This document shows positions 27,891 through 38,269 of a stretch of DNA of 64,000 nucleotides, in pieces. The stretch covers positions 1,954 through 65,953 of the forward strand of contig CAZRVU010000001.1 in NCBI GenBank assembly GCA_964603615.1, written 5' to 3'. The position numbers were made by a program, and so were the translations under genes. This DNA is from an uncultured Desulfovibrionaceae bacterium. GTDB taxonomy: Bacteria; Bacillota; Dethiobacteria; DTU022; UBA8154. The notes under the pieces were generated by a model that had not been told where the DNA came from, ran no database searches, and was given only the letters and a program-made list of their open reading frames with translations. Positions within the stretch are counted from its first letter, which is position 1, and the number at the start of each line of letters is the position of its first letter.

Positions 27891-28730
27891 GTGACTGTTA
27901 TGGACCAACAACAAAGCTACATTATTTCTTTAATTGCCGTGTTCCTTGCCCTGGGCATCGGTATTTTAATTGGCGCGGCTATGGGTGAAAATACTCTCGT
28001 CACTAATCAAATAGCTGTAATTGAAGAGCTAAATAAAGAAATACGACGCCACAAGGAAGAAATGAAGGCCCAATTTCTTTCTGCTGTTCAGTTTAAAGAG
28101 GAGCTCCTGGCCTGGGATGCTTTGGAAAAAGAATACCTTAATCCCTTGCTGGTAAAGGATAAATTAAAAAATGTAACAATTAAAATAATTGTGCAGGGAG
28201 ATCTTCCGACGGATCTAGTGGATTTTTTGGAATTAAGCGGGTGCAGTTACCAAGCATTTGTTTTTACAGGGATGGAGGCCTGGCCAGAGCATTTGGGGGG
28301 GGGAGATGAAGATGTAGATGTGTCTTTGTTGGAAGCGGGCCCTTCCTTACTAGTCGCCGATGCCTTAGAACAAGTTTTGTTAGGGGAAGATGATTCTTTT
28401 GTGCAAGATATTATAAATAATTTAGTGGCAATGAATTTGCTGTGGATCCAAAAAAAACATGCTGTTAGTTCTTTATCCTCCCCTGTAGGCAACAAAGAAA
28501 ATAATGAAAGGGAGTTTTTTTTGGCTTGCGGGCAGTTAGATCCGCTTTATGTTAGGCTTCTTCATAAAGTTGCCCAGAAAGGCAAAGCTGTTCTTAGGGT
28601 TGATGTTCAAGAAAAGCAAGATGGTATTACTGCAGAGCCGGAGCCCCCGGAATCTGTCGTTTGGGAGAAGTTCACCTTATCTAGCTTTTACGATAAATAT
28701 AAACTTCTGGACTTTTTACAGGCTGCCTAA
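27891..28730 (+). CDS. SteB-like / DUF3186 ('copper transporter' family) membrane-anchored protein
   Basis: N-terminal TM (IISLIAVFLALGIGILIGAA) then a coiled-coil and soluble domain; partner position next to the steA-like gene. Confidence 0.45.
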   Translation: MTVMDQQQSYIISLIAVFLALGIGILIGAAMGENTLVTNQIAVIEELNKEIRRHKEEMKAQFLSAVQFKEELLAWDALEKEYLNPLLVKDKLKNVTIKIIVQGDLPTDLVDFLELSGCSYQAFVFTGMEAWPEHLGGGDEDVDVSLLEAGPSLLVADALEQVLLGEDDSFVQDIINNLVAMNLLWIQKKHAVSSLSSPVGNKENNEREFFLACGQLDPLYVRLLHKVAQKGKAVLRVDVQEKQDGITAEPEPPESVVWEKFTLSSFYDKYKLLDFLQAA

Positions 28731-28978
28731 CCGGCCTGACCGCAACCAAAAAGTTGGATTTGAGTATGATTTTCACGAGAGCCCGTGTAGCCTAAAAAGA
28801 TATTAAACAATATGCGAAGCAGCGTGCTGTCCTTAAAACAAAAGGTGTTCGGCTTACGACAAGGAATGTTTTCGTTCTCCCGGGGGAGCTGCAAAAAAAG
28901 GCGGCAGGGTGCATAGCGGGAGAAATACGGCTGGTAAACAAGAAAGACAAATATATTGTACAAGGGAGTATATCTGGG

Positions 28979-29779
28979 ATGCCTTACGGATTCAGATCGG
29001 ATTACAGCAGATTGGCTATGCTAAAAAAAGACGCGGGTGTCAAGCCCTATGCCTGGCTTAAGCCAGACTTTAGCATAATGGCTGCAGATAGGGAGGTGCG
29101 GGTATCGGCGATCATACCTGCCTATAATGAAGAAGGTTTGGTGTGGAAAACGGTGCTGGCCCTGCGGGAATTGGCAGAGGTGGATGAAATTATTGTGATC
29201 GATGATGGTTCGACGGATGAAACATCTCTGGAGGCCCGGGAAGCGGGAGCGTTAGTATATCGCTTCGACCAAAACAAAGGGAAAAGCCGGGCTTTGCGGG
29301 AAGGAGTTCGCATAGCCCGGGGAGAAATACTGGTTTTTGTAGACGCCGATCTGGGGGAGACGGCATCTGAGTTCTGGCGGTTAATAGCTCCCGTATTAGC
29401 TGATGAAGTGGATATGGCCATTGGCTATTTTCGGGCCTCGCGGCAGGCGGGGCTGGGTTTGGTAAAAACGCTTGCTTATTGGGGGATCCGTTACCACACG
29501 GGGCAAAGCATGGTTGCCCCCCTTTCCGGGCAGCGTGTACTTAAACGTTGTTTATGGGAGGCCCTCCTTTTTGATGCTGAGGGTTTTGCCGCAGAGGTTG
29601 CGCTGACAATTGAAAGTATAAACAAAGGATTCCGGATAAAAGAGATCCCGGTGCAGATGAAACATCGCTACTGGGGAAATAATTACCGTGGTTTCTTACA
29701 CCGGGGTACACAGTTTTATGCAGTCCTAAAGCATCTTTTAGCTATTTGTAGTCAAGTCAAAAACCGTCCCCAAACTTGA
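28979..29779 (+). CDS. Family 2 glycosyltransferase (DPM1/GtrB-like)
   Basis: SAIIPAYNEE, VIDDGSTDET and DAD motifs of GT-A fold GT2. Confidence 0.75.
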   Translation: MPYGFRSDYSRLAMLKKDAGVKPYAWLKPDFSIMAADREVRVSAIIPAYNEEGLVWKTVLALRELAEVDEIIVIDDGSTDETSLEAREAGALVYRFDQNKGKSRALREGVRIARGEILVFVDADLGETASEFWRLIAPVLADEVDMAIGYFRASRQAGLGLVKTLAYWGIRYHTGQSMVAPLSGQRVLKRCLWEALLFDAEGFAAEVALTIESINKGFRIKEIPVQMKHRYWGNNYRGFLHRGTQFYAVLKHLLAICSQVKNRPQT

Positions 29780-29799
29780 ATTTGAAAGGGTTATTTTAA

Positions 29800-30630
29800 A
29801 TGCAAGTAAGCCAAATTATAAGGTGTGCTGCATTTTGTTTACCGGTTTGTACCGTTTATTTATTGGCTCCTTATCATTTTCGTCTGCAGAAATATAAAAA
29901 AATGACTGTGATGAATTTTCAAGGTATAAAGGTTGTTACAGCAGGCGGCCTGCTTCTTTTTGTTGCTTTAATGGCCTTACACTTTTTTAATTATTTATTC
30001 CTGCAGGAAGGCTTTCTAGTAGCCTGGCCGCTGCTTTTATATTGGGGGGGCCTTACTTTTTTGGGTGTAATCGATGATCTGCAGGGTGAAAAAAATTGTA
30101 AAGGTTTTCGTGGACACCTCCTTTGGTGTTGGCAGGGAAAAGGTATTTCCACCGGATTTTATAAGGCAGCCGGCGGTCTGATATGCGGTGTTTTAGTTTC
30201 TGCCTGGCTTGGAGTGGGAACATGGCCGGAGTGGTTTTGCAAGGGAGCTTTTCTAGCTCTTTTTTCCAACTTTTTTAATCTTTTGGATACGCGTCCAGCC
30301 CGTGCAATAAAACTTTTTTTCTTCTTATCTTTGGCCTTTATGTTGGTTTACCGGGATTATATTTTGCCGTTATTCTCTTTTTGGGGTGCTCTTTATATTT
30401 ATCTATTCTGGGAATTAGAACAGAAAATTATGCTAGGTGATGCCGGGGCCTATCTTTTGGGGGGATTTTTAGGTTTTTATCTTATTCTTTGCTTATCCCT
30501 GAAAGGGTTGTTAATTATAATGGCAGCACTGCTTATTTTACATTATTTAGGTGAAAAATTTTCGTGGAGTGAATTATTAGAAAATAAAAAGTCGCTTTTG
30601 TTCGGGCATTTTCCAGGAAGGAGAAATTAA
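29800..30630 (+). CDS. MraY/WecA-like (GT4 polyprenyl-phosphate sugar-1-P transferase family) short membrane protein
   Basis: Polytopic; VIDDLQGEK and MLGDAGAYLLG resemble MraY/WecA motifs, but the protein is only 276 aa. Confidence 0.45.
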   Translation: MQVSQIIRCAAFCLPVCTVYLLAPYHFRLQKYKKMTVMNFQGIKVVTAGGLLLFVALMALHFFNYLFLQEGFLVAWPLLLYWGGLTFLGVIDDLQGEKNCKGFRGHLLWCWQGKGISTGFYKAAGGLICGVLVSAWLGVGTWPEWFCKGAFLALFSNFFNLLDTRPARAIKLFFFLSLAFMLVYRDYILPLFSFWGALYIYLFWELEQKIMLGDAGAYLLGGFLGFYLILCLSLKGLLIIMAALLILHYLGEKFSWSELLENKKSLLFGHFPGRRN

Positions 30631-30632
30631 AA

Positions 30633-31742
30633 GTGCTTAGTACCGCTAACGGGGTTGTGGAAAAAATTATCTGGGCCAGGCCAGGTTTGCAATGTTTAGA
30701 AGTTAAGCTCAACGGGGAAATAGAAAGGGCCCTAAATTATACGAGCCTTACCGCTACAGCTTTACCAGGGCACCGGGTGGTGTTGAACACAACGGCAGTA
30801 AGGTTGGGCTTAGGGAGCGGCGGATATCACTTTGTTGCAGCCAATCATGATGTTTCCTGTCTATCTTTTGTCCCCCGGGGGCATATTATCAAATTGCGCT
30901 ATACGCCTTTGCAGCTCAAAGTTGAAACTTTTGAGGAAACTATAAGCCGTGGTAGTCCCGCTAATTTATCCTGGAGAAAATACCGGGGGCTGAAAAATGT
31001 TCCGGTGGTCATCGGTGAACTGCACAGTATGGTTGCCCCTTTCGTTTTAACTCTTAAAAAAATAAATCCATCCAGAAAAATAGTTTACATCATGACTGAC
31101 AGCGCTGCTTTACCTCTTTCTTTTAGTAATGTGGTAGATCGCCTTAGGAGTGAACGATTGTTGGAGGGAACGGTGACCTGCGGCCATGCCTTTGGCGGAG
31201 ATTTGGAAACGGTTAATATTTATACGGCTTTAATTGCAGCCAGGGAAGCTTTTAATGCTGATGTTATCCTGCTTGTTCCGGGGCCCGGCGTTGTTGGGAC
31301 CTCTACACGCTATGGTTATAGCGGTATCGAACAAGGGGAACACGTTGACCGGGTACATAAGTTTCAAGGGCTGCCGGTAGTAATCCCCCGTATCAGTTTT
31401 GCTGAAAAAAGAAGACGCCATTATGGTTTGAGCCATCACACGCGGACGGCCCTGGGTGAAATTGCTAACAATAATGTGTATTTGCCATTGCCGCGGCTTT
31501 CCAAGGAAAAGATGCTTTTTCTTTACCGGCAGTTGAAGATTTCCGGTTTGCCCTTCAAGCATAAAATAGTCATAATCAGTCAATTTCCTAAACTTGACCG
31601 GTTGTTGGAAAATGATTACAATTTGGAATCGATGGGACGTGGCCTTGCTGATGATCCGGCTTTTTTTGCGTCTGTTGCTGCCACGGCTTCTTTTACAGAA
31701 AAAATACTAGGCAAAATAGAGGCGGGTGAGTATGTAACTTAA
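30633..31742 (+). CDS. DUF3866-like hypothetical protein
   Basis: 369-aa soluble protein with no recognised catalytic motif; apparently co-oriented with the two transferase genes (2-nt gap). Confidence 0.35.
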   Translation: MLSTANGVVEKIIWARPGLQCLEVKLNGEIERALNYTSLTATALPGHRVVLNTTAVRLGLGSGGYHFVAANHDVSCLSFVPRGHIIKLRYTPLQLKVETFEETISRGSPANLSWRKYRGLKNVPVVIGELHSMVAPFVLTLKKINPSRKIVYIMTDSAALPLSFSNVVDRLRSERLLEGTVTCGHAFGGDLETVNIYTALIAAREAFNADVILLVPGPGVVGTSTRYGYSGIEQGEHVDRVHKFQGLPVVIPRISFAEKRRRHYGLSHHTRTALGEIANNNVYLPLPRLSKEKMLFLYRQLKISGLPFKHKIVIISQFPKLDRLLENDYNLESMGRGLADDPAFFASVAATASFTEKILGKIEAGEYVT

Positions 31743-31812
31743 AAACATATTCCCTGACCCGGGATCATATTAATTTAACAACAAAAGGACAACCCGGGAA
31801 AGCAGGGGTAGT

Positions 31813-32451
31813 ATGTTGCAGAGGCTGCACCGGAATTTGTTGATATATATAAAAGAAAATTTAGGTATTTATACGCTTATAACTGCATTTTTTTGTGCAG
31901 GTATTATTGCAGGCGCACTTCTGCTTCGCTTTTTGGGGGAGGAGCAGTTAGTAGAGTTGAATACAGCGCTGACATATTTTTTTGAAAGCCTGAAGAATGA
32001 AACTTTTACATCGCTACAGCCCAGGGCGTTGTTGAGCGCTTCCTATTATAAAAATGTCCTTTTTTTGTTAGTTGTTTGGTTACTGGGGTTGTTCTGGTTT
32101 GGATTCCCCTTGATATTATTTTATTTGATGTTCAAAGGTTTTGCGCTTGGTTTTACCGTTGCCTTTTTGGTGCGCCATATTGCTTTAAAGGGAGTAATTT
32201 TCGGTTTGGCAGCTCTTTTACCGCACAATCTTTTCTTTGTCCCTGCTTTTATAGCAGCCGCTACTACGGCAACAACTTTTTCCCTTTTGAAGTTAAATGA
32301 CCGCCTGACTAAAAGAAGGACTGGCCGCAGCCATTATTTGCAACAATATTGTTACTTTATGTTTTTGGTTCTGATTTTGATGTTGGCTGGCGGGTTGGTA
32401 GAAGCATACATCACACCAATGTTTATGCAGTTGGCTGTGTCTGTTATTTAG
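31813..32451 (+). CDS. spoIIM: Stage II sporulation protein M
   Basis: 212-aa polytopic membrane protein; position immediately upstream of xerD as in B. subtilis spoIIM-(fur)-ripX. Confidence 0.65.
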   Translation: MLQRLHRNLLIYIKENLGIYTLITAFFCAGIIAGALLLRFLGEEQLVELNTALTYFFESLKNETFTSLQPRALLSASYYKNVLFLLVVWLLGLFWFGFPLILFYLMFKGFALGFTVAFLVRHIALKGVIFGLAALLPHNLFFVPAFIAAATTATTFSLLKLNDRLTKRRTGRSHYLQQYCYFMFLVLILMLAGGLVEAYITPMFMQLAVSVI

Positions 32452-32541
32452 GGCGGCGATAATATTAAAAAAGGGTTTTGGGCGGGGATGTGGAATAACT
32501 TATTAAAAATGCTGGATTTTAGCTTAAGGGGATAGTATTGG

Positions 32542-33429
32542 ATGAAAAGGGTATTAAAGGATTTTATAAGCTATCTTTCTGTAGAAAGAGGCCTGGCTAC
32601 TAATACGCTGGAATCATATCAAAGAGATTTAATAAAATATTTAAATTTTTTAAGGCAGCAGCAGCTAGAACGCCTCGAAGATGCATCCCGTAAGACAATA
32701 ACTCAATTTTTAATGGAGGAAAAAGAAAGAGGGCTATCCCCGGCGACATTAACTAGAAATTTGGCTTCCATACGTTCATTTTACAATTTTTTATTATTGG
32801 AGCAGGTGGTGCAAAGGAATCCTGCAGCAGAAACAGAAACCCCCCGCCAAGAAAAAAAATTGCCGCACGTTCTCTCTTTTCAAGATGTTGAACTTTTGCT
32901 GGAACAGCCAAAAACAAAAGATGCCATTGGCTTAAGGGATAAAGCAATGTTGGAACTTTTATATGCCACGGGCATCCGGGTTTCGGAATTGGTATCCCTA
33001 GGTATAAATAGCATCAATTTGAAAACGGGTTTTTTACGTTGTGAAGGTAAAGGAAGTAAGGAAAGAATGATCCCGCTTGGTTCCATGGCTTTGTTTAGTT
33101 TACAGGAATATCTTCAGTCGGGCCGGCCTAAATTGTTGAAAGTTAGAAACGAAAAAGCATTTTTTTTGAACCAACACGGTAGACGGCTAACGCGACAAGG
33201 TTTCTGGAAAATTTTTAAAAAATATACGATGCAGGCAAAGATTAGTAAAGAAGTAACCCCTCATTCCATGCGCCATTCTTTTGCCACACATTTATTGGAA
33301 AACGGGGCAGATTTGCGTTCTGTTCAGGAAATGCTCGGCCACGCAGATATCTCGACCACACAAATATACACGCAAATAACCAAAAGAAAAATAAAGGAGA
33401 TTTATAATCAAACACACCCGCGAGCTTGA
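32542..33429 (+). CDS. xerD: Site-specific tyrosine recombinase XerD
   Basis: R..HxxR..Y catalytic residues (HSMRHSFATHLL, LGHADISTTQIYT); housekeeping chromosome dimer resolution context. Confidence 0.85.
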   Translation: MKRVLKDFISYLSVERGLATNTLESYQRDLIKYLNFLRQQQLERLEDASRKTITQFLMEEKERGLSPATLTRNLASIRSFYNFLLLEQVVQRNPAAETETPRQEKKLPHVLSFQDVELLLEQPKTKDAIGLRDKAMLELLYATGIRVSELVSLGINSINLKTGFLRCEGKGSKERMIPLGSMALFSLQEYLQSGRPKLLKVRNEKAFFLNQHGRRLTRQGFWKIFKKYTMQAKISKEVTPHSMRHSFATHLLENGADLRSVQEMLGHADISTTQIYTQITKRKIKEIYNQTHPRA

Positions 33430-33447
33430 CTAAAGGGGGCAGTCTTT

Positions 33448-34659
33448 TTGATTAAAAGAGTGTTTGTGCTAGTTTTGGATGGCGCAGGGGTGGGGTCATT
33501 ACCGGATGCGGAAAAATATGGAGATGTGGGTAGCAATACACTGGGCCATGTTCTTGCAGTAAATGAAGGGTTGAAGATCCCACATCTTTATGCACTGGGT
33601 TTAGGAGAAATTTTACGGAACAGCAGCGCTACTTGGCAGGAAACAGGACAAAGAACGGCATCAACCCGGCCCCGTGGGGCTTATGGGAAAATGGCTGAAC
33701 GTTCTCCGGGTAAAGATACTATTACGGGGCACTGGGAGTTGGCCGGCCTGGTTTTGAACGATCCTTTTCCCCTTTACCCGGAAGGTTTCCCTTCGGAGAT
33801 TATTTCTTCCTTTGAAAAGATGATCGGACGCCAAACGCTGGGTAACATCTCTTTTTCCGGCACGGAGATCCTAAAAAAATATGGTAAAGATCATTTACAG
33901 ACCGGTTTCCCCATTGTTTACACCTCTGCTGATAGTGTTTTCCAAATTGCTGCTCATGAAGAAATTGTTCCTTTGGATACTCTCTATACCTGGTGTTTAA
34001 AAGCGCGGCAGGAAATATTTGTTGACAAACATGCTGTTGGCAGAATTATTGCCAGGCCCTTTCTTGGCACTTCCGGAAAATTTGTGCGAACAGCGGGACG
34101 AAAAGATTTTTCTCTGCCCCCGCCGGGACTGACGCTCTTAGACCTACTCAAAGACGCCGGTTATCAGGTATGGGTGGTGGGTAAGATTATGGATATTTTT
34201 AGTGGCAGGGGCGTCACACGGTTTTTACCGGCAGCAGGCAACCAGGAGACCATGAGGGTAATCAGGAGTGTTCTTCAAGAAGATTTTACGGGCTTTTTTT
34301 GGGCTAACCTGGGAGACTTTGATACACTCTATGGTCATCGCAATGACCCGGCAGGTTTTGGACGGGCTCTCGCTGAGTTTGACCTTTTCTTGAAGGAGGC
34401 GCTGGAACTTCTCAAAAAGGATGATATGCTGGTGATTACAGCAGACCACGGCTGCGATCCCACTTTTAGGGGCACGGATCATACCAGGGAATATATACCT
34501 CTTTTGATCTATGGTCAATCCATCAAAGCCGTAGACCTGGGGACCAGGGATTCCTTTGCCGATCTAGGGGCTACGGTGGCAGAACTGCTACAGTGTAAGC
34601 CTACTCCCGCCGGTAAAAGTTTTGCAACAGAGCTATGGCGAGGAGGAAAGGCAAATTGA
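33448..34659 (+). CDS. deoB: Phosphopentomutase
   Basis: N-terminal VLDGAGVG metal-binding motif; typical size. Confidence 0.9.
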   Translation: MIKRVFVLVLDGAGVGSLPDAEKYGDVGSNTLGHVLAVNEGLKIPHLYALGLGEILRNSSATWQETGQRTASTRPRGAYGKMAERSPGKDTITGHWELAGLVLNDPFPLYPEGFPSEIISSFEKMIGRQTLGNISFSGTEILKKYGKDHLQTGFPIVYTSADSVFQIAAHEEIVPLDTLYTWCLKARQEIFVDKHAVGRIIARPFLGTSGKFVRTAGRKDFSLPPPGLTLLDLLKDAGYQVWVVGKIMDIFSGRGVTRFLPAAGNQETMRVIRSVLQEDFTGFFWANLGDFDTLYGHRNDPAGFGRALAEFDLFLKEALELLKKDDMLVITADHGCDPTFRGTDHTREYIPLLIYGQSIKAVDLGTRDSFADLGATVAELLQCKPTPAGKSFATELWRGGKAN

Positions 34660-35975
34660 GGCGTGCACTGGATTTTATTAGAAAAAAAAGGGATGGAGAA
34701 ATCCTTTCTGCAGAGGAAATTAATTTTTTAATTAGTGAATTTAACCGGGGAAATGTACCGGATTACCAGATGTCTGCTCTCTTAATGGCTATCTTTTTTC
34801 AGGGGCTTAATACCAGGGAATTGACAGCCTTAACGGCGGCTCTTGCCACTTCGGGGGAGGTACTGGATTTTTCATCTTTAGGGACAATGGTTGCCGATAA
34901 ACATAGCACAGGGGGTATTGGAGATAAAATTACTTTGATCATGGCTCCTTTGGTAGCTGCAGCCGGTGTGCCCGTAGCAAAGATTTCAGGCAGGGGGCTG
35001 GGTTTTACAGGGGGGACTATTGACAAGCTGGAAAGTATTCCCGGTTTTGAAACAAATTTACCGCTAGAAAAATTTGTGGAACTTGTTAAAGAAAATAATA
35101 TTGCAATTATGGCTCAAACGGAAAGGATTACCCCGGCAGAAGGAAAACTCTATGCTTTAAGGGACGTTACCGGCACAGTTGAAAATCTATCTTTAATTGC
35201 CTCTTCTATTATGAGCAAAAAAATTGCTGCCGGGGCAGGTGCTATTTTGTTAGATGTAAAACTGGGGAAGGGGGCTTTTATTCAAGAAAGGGAAGTAGCC
35301 TTTCAGTTAGCGGAGACAATGTTCCGTATTGGTAAAGAGATGGGTAAACAGGTTGTTTCCGTGGTGACGAATATGAACCAGCCCCTGGGTTTTGCCGTGG
35401 GCAACAGCCTGGAAATAAAGGAAGTATTAGCTGTGCTGAAGGGAAAGGGACCGGCAGATTTGGAGCAGCTCAGCATTATACTGGGCGGTTACCTGCTTAC
35501 CTTGGCAGGAAAAGTAAGAAACCCGGGGGAGGGGAAAGAGGTGCTGTCCCGGTTGATAAAAAATGGTGCCGGGTTGGCCAAATTTAAAGAGTTGATCGTG
35601 GCACAAGGCGGAAATAGTGCCTACCTGGAAGATCCCACCCTGTTTCCCACGGCTAAATTCGAGCAGAAAGTAGTTGCGCCAAAATCCGGCTACCTGCAGG
35701 AAATTCACGCCGGGAAAATTGGACGTGCGGCCTCATTACTGGGGGCAGGACGTTTTTATAAGGAGCAACAGATTGATCCCGCCGTGGGGATCGTATTGAA
35801 CCATAAGGTGGGGGAAGTAGTGGAAAAGGAAGCAAAGCTGGCCGCTGTTTATGCTAATGATGAAAACACTCTTAAGCTAGCAGTAAAAGAATTAAATAAT
35901 GCTTTTATAATTGGTACAGAGCAAGAGGAGGAGTTACCACTTGTTTATGGTATAGTTCCACCTTTTCCCTGTTAA
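34635..35975 (+). CDS. pdp: Pyrimidine-nucleoside phosphorylase
   Basis: HSTGGIGDK and SGRGLGFTGGTIDKLE motifs. Confidence 0.85.
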   Translation: MARRKGKLRRALDFIRKKRDGEILSAEEINFLISEFNRGNVPDYQMSALLMAIFFQGLNTRELTALTAALATSGEVLDFSSLGTMVADKHSTGGIGDKITLIMAPLVAAAGVPVAKISGRGLGFTGGTIDKLESIPGFETNLPLEKFVELVKENNIAIMAQTERITPAEGKLYALRDVTGTVENLSLIASSIMSKKIAAGAGAILLDVKLGKGAFIQEREVAFQLAETMFRIGKEMGKQVVSVVTNMNQPLGFAVGNSLEIKEVLAVLKGKGPADLEQLSIILGGYLLTLAGKVRNPGEGKEVLSRLIKNGAGLAKFKELIVAQGGNSAYLEDPTLFPTAKFEQKVVAPKSGYLQEIHAGKIGRAASLLGAGRFYKEQQIDPAVGIVLNHKVGEVVEKEAKLAAVYANDENTLKLAVKELNNAFIIGTEQEEELPLVYGIVPPFPC

Positions 35976-36063
35976 ACACTTAGACAATAAACCGTTTTCC
36001 CTTCTGCTTAATAGTATCATTTTGTCAATCAGGGAGAAAATAAAGGCAGGAGGGATCTAGACG

Positions 36064-37251
36064 ATGAATTATAAACGGCAAAGCGGAACACCCTGCATTA
36101 TTTTTTTATTAGTCCTCTTTATTTTATCGCTATTGACACCCGCGACACAAACTGCACATGCTTTTAATCTTCCGCTGCAATCCAAAGCTGTTTTATTAGT
36201 CGAGCCACAGACGGGAGAGGTACTATATGCTAGCAATGCAAATGAACGGCTTTATCCAGCCAGTATTACCAAAATAATGACTTTGTTGTTGGCCTTGGAA
36301 AATTTGGATAAGGGCGCGATCAAGCTGGAAGATCAGGTTTTTATTTCTGCAAAAGCATCCTCCCTGGGTGGTTCAGAGCTATTTTTGAGCAGTGGTGATG
36401 TGGTCGATTTGGAATCCTTATTAATAGGGGTTACCGTAGGCTCAGCCAACGATGCTGCAGTTGCTGTTGCAGAGCATATAGCCGGTAGCGAAGAAGCCTT
36501 TGTGGAACGCATGAACAGGCGGGCAGTAGAGTTGGGAATGAAGGATACAAATTTTACAAATTGCACTGGTTTGCATGCAGAACAACATGCCACTACAGCA
36601 CACGATATTGTCTTGATGAGCAGGGAGATTCTTCAGTATCCCCTGTTTTTCAATTGGAGTAAAATATGGATGGATGAAAATTTTTTAGAGGGCAAGATCA
36701 AAAGCGGCAAGGTTTATCTCAGCAACACCAACCGCCTTATCCACGATTATCCTTATTGTGATGGCTTGAAAACGGGGTTTACAAGGCAATCCGGGTTTTG
36801 TATTTCTGCCACGGCGCAAAAAAACGGGACACGTTTTCTGGCGATTGTACTTCATGCTCCTTCCAGTGAAATTCTTTATCAAGAGGCTGTGCATTTGCTC
36901 GACTTTGCTTTTGCTAATTTTGAATATACCCCGCTAGTGTCAAAAAAGGAAAAATTAGCAAGGCTCCCCGTGGATAAGGGTAATGTAACAGAGGTCGATA
37001 TTCTTGCTAGTGAAAATTTGAGCTTATTGCTCAAAAAAGGCGATGAGTTGCAATATGTTACTGATATCGTCTTGCCTAAAAAGTTGGAGGCACCCTTACC
37101 CGCTAACAGCATAGTTGGGAAAATAATGGTAGTTGCCGATGGTAAAACATTGAAAGAAGTTGACCTGGAGGTTGCCGCAGAGGTCCAAAGAGCTTCCCTA
37201 CCGCAGCTATTTCTGCGTTACTTTAAAATGTGGATAAAATTTGGCCGTTAA
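36064..37251 (+). CDS. dacF: Sporulation D-alanyl-D-alanine carboxypeptidase (DacF-like)
   Basis: Signal peptide; SxxK SITKIMT; SGN and KTG motifs; directly upstream of spoIIAA as in Bacillus. Confidence 0.75.
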   Translation: MNYKRQSGTPCIIFLLVLFILSLLTPATQTAHAFNLPLQSKAVLLVEPQTGEVLYASNANERLYPASITKIMTLLLALENLDKGAIKLEDQVFISAKASSLGGSELFLSSGDVVDLESLLIGVTVGSANDAAVAVAEHIAGSEEAFVERMNRRAVELGMKDTNFTNCTGLHAEQHATTAHDIVLMSREILQYPLFFNWSKIWMDENFLEGKIKSGKVYLSNTNRLIHDYPYCDGLKTGFTRQSGFCISATAQKNGTRFLAIVLHAPSSEILYQEAVHLLDFAFANFEYTPLVSKKEKLARLPVDKGNVTEVDILASENLSLLLKKGDELQYVTDIVLPKKLEAPLPANSIVGKIMVVADGKTLKEVDLEVAAEVQRASLPQLFLRYFKMWIKFGR

Positions 37252-37345
37252 GCAAATAAAAAGCCCGTACAGTTTTTCTTGCAGGAAATTTAAGAAAAAC
37301 GTAGAATTTATTTCCAGAAGAAGGCAACAAAGGGGGTTTTTTAAT

Positions 37346-37684
37346 TTGCAAGTACAGCTCATCAGAAGAAAAAAAAATCTGATTGTCAGGCTAAAAGGGG
37401 AATTAGATCATCATACAGCGGATATATTTCGTAAGTCTGTGGGGAAGGAACTTGAAAAAGAAAGCAATCAAAACTTGATATTAAATGTAACTAATTTGAC
37501 CTTTATGGACAGCTCGGGCATAGGGGTAATCCTGGGGCGTTATAAACAGGTCAAGGACAAAGGCGGCCAAATTGTGATCTGTGGCCTGGACAAACATCAC
37601 CAGAGGATTATGCAGTTAGGCGGCCTATTAAAAATCATTCCAGTTTGTAGTGATGAAAATAAAGCTTTGGCCAGTTTAAGATAA
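37346..37684 (+). CDS. spoIIAA: Anti-sigma-F factor antagonist SpoIIAA
   Basis: TTG start with RBS AAGGGGG; STAS domain with the phosphorylatable-serine motif DSSGIG. Confidence 0.8.
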   Translation: MQVQLIRRKKNLIVRLKGELDHHTADIFRKSVGKELEKESNQNLILNVTNLTFMDSSGIGVILGRYKQVKDKGGQIVICGLDKHHQRIMQLGGLLKIIPVCSDENKALASLR

Positions 37685-37831
37685 TTTTCTTTAGCTGCTG
37701 GTTTGGTTTTAGGATTGGGCCGGGAAAACCCCAACTAGCACGGAATCTTCAGAATTTTATTGCTCCGGCAGGAACGGTTTTATTGCAAAGAGGAGGTGCA
37801 AACTGGTTTGGAAAAGTACAAGCTGGAAAAA

Positions 37832-38269
37832 ATGCCGAACTACATGCGCTTGGAAGTACCGGCAAGATCGGAAAATGAAAGTTTTGTCAGGGTTGTTGTT
37901 TCTGCTTTTGCTGCGCGCCTTGATCCTACCCTGGAAGAAATTAACGAACTTAGAACTGCGGTATCCGAAGCGGTAACCAATAGTATTTTACACGCCTATG
38001 AATATGCAAGTGGCGTGATCAAGATCTGTGTTTCAATCGAAGACCAACAACTACTGGTGGAGATCCAGGATTCCGGGAAAGGTATCGAAGATATTGCCCG
38101 GGCGCGGGAACCGCTTTATACAGATAAACCTGAACTGGAAAGATCAGGGATGGGGTTTACGATTATGGAAAACTTTATGGATAAACTTACGGTTGAATCT
38201 GTGCCCGGTAAGGGAACAGTAGTAAAAATGCTTAAAAAATTTGGTAGAATTGCAGAAATAAATCATTGA
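37832..38269 (+). CDS. spoIIAB: Anti-sigma-F factor SpoIIAB (serine kinase)
   Basis: N-terminus MPNYMRLEVPARSENESF aligns with B. subtilis MKNEMHLEFSALSQNESF; GHKL ATPase motifs. Confidence 0.8.
   Translation: MPNYMRLEVPARSENESFVRVVVSAFAARLDPTLEEINELRTAVSEAVTNSILHAYEYASGVIKICVSIEDQQLLVEIQDSGKGIEDIARAREPLYTDKPELERSGMGFTIMENFMDKLTVESVPGKGTVVKMLKKFGRIAEINH

Noticed and set aside
32542-33429. Tyrosine recombinase as a marker of an integrated mobile element
   Set aside because: Sequence and context (spoIIM upstream, deoB-pdp downstream, as B. subtilis ripX) fit the housekeeping XerD; there are no flanking phage or IS genes.
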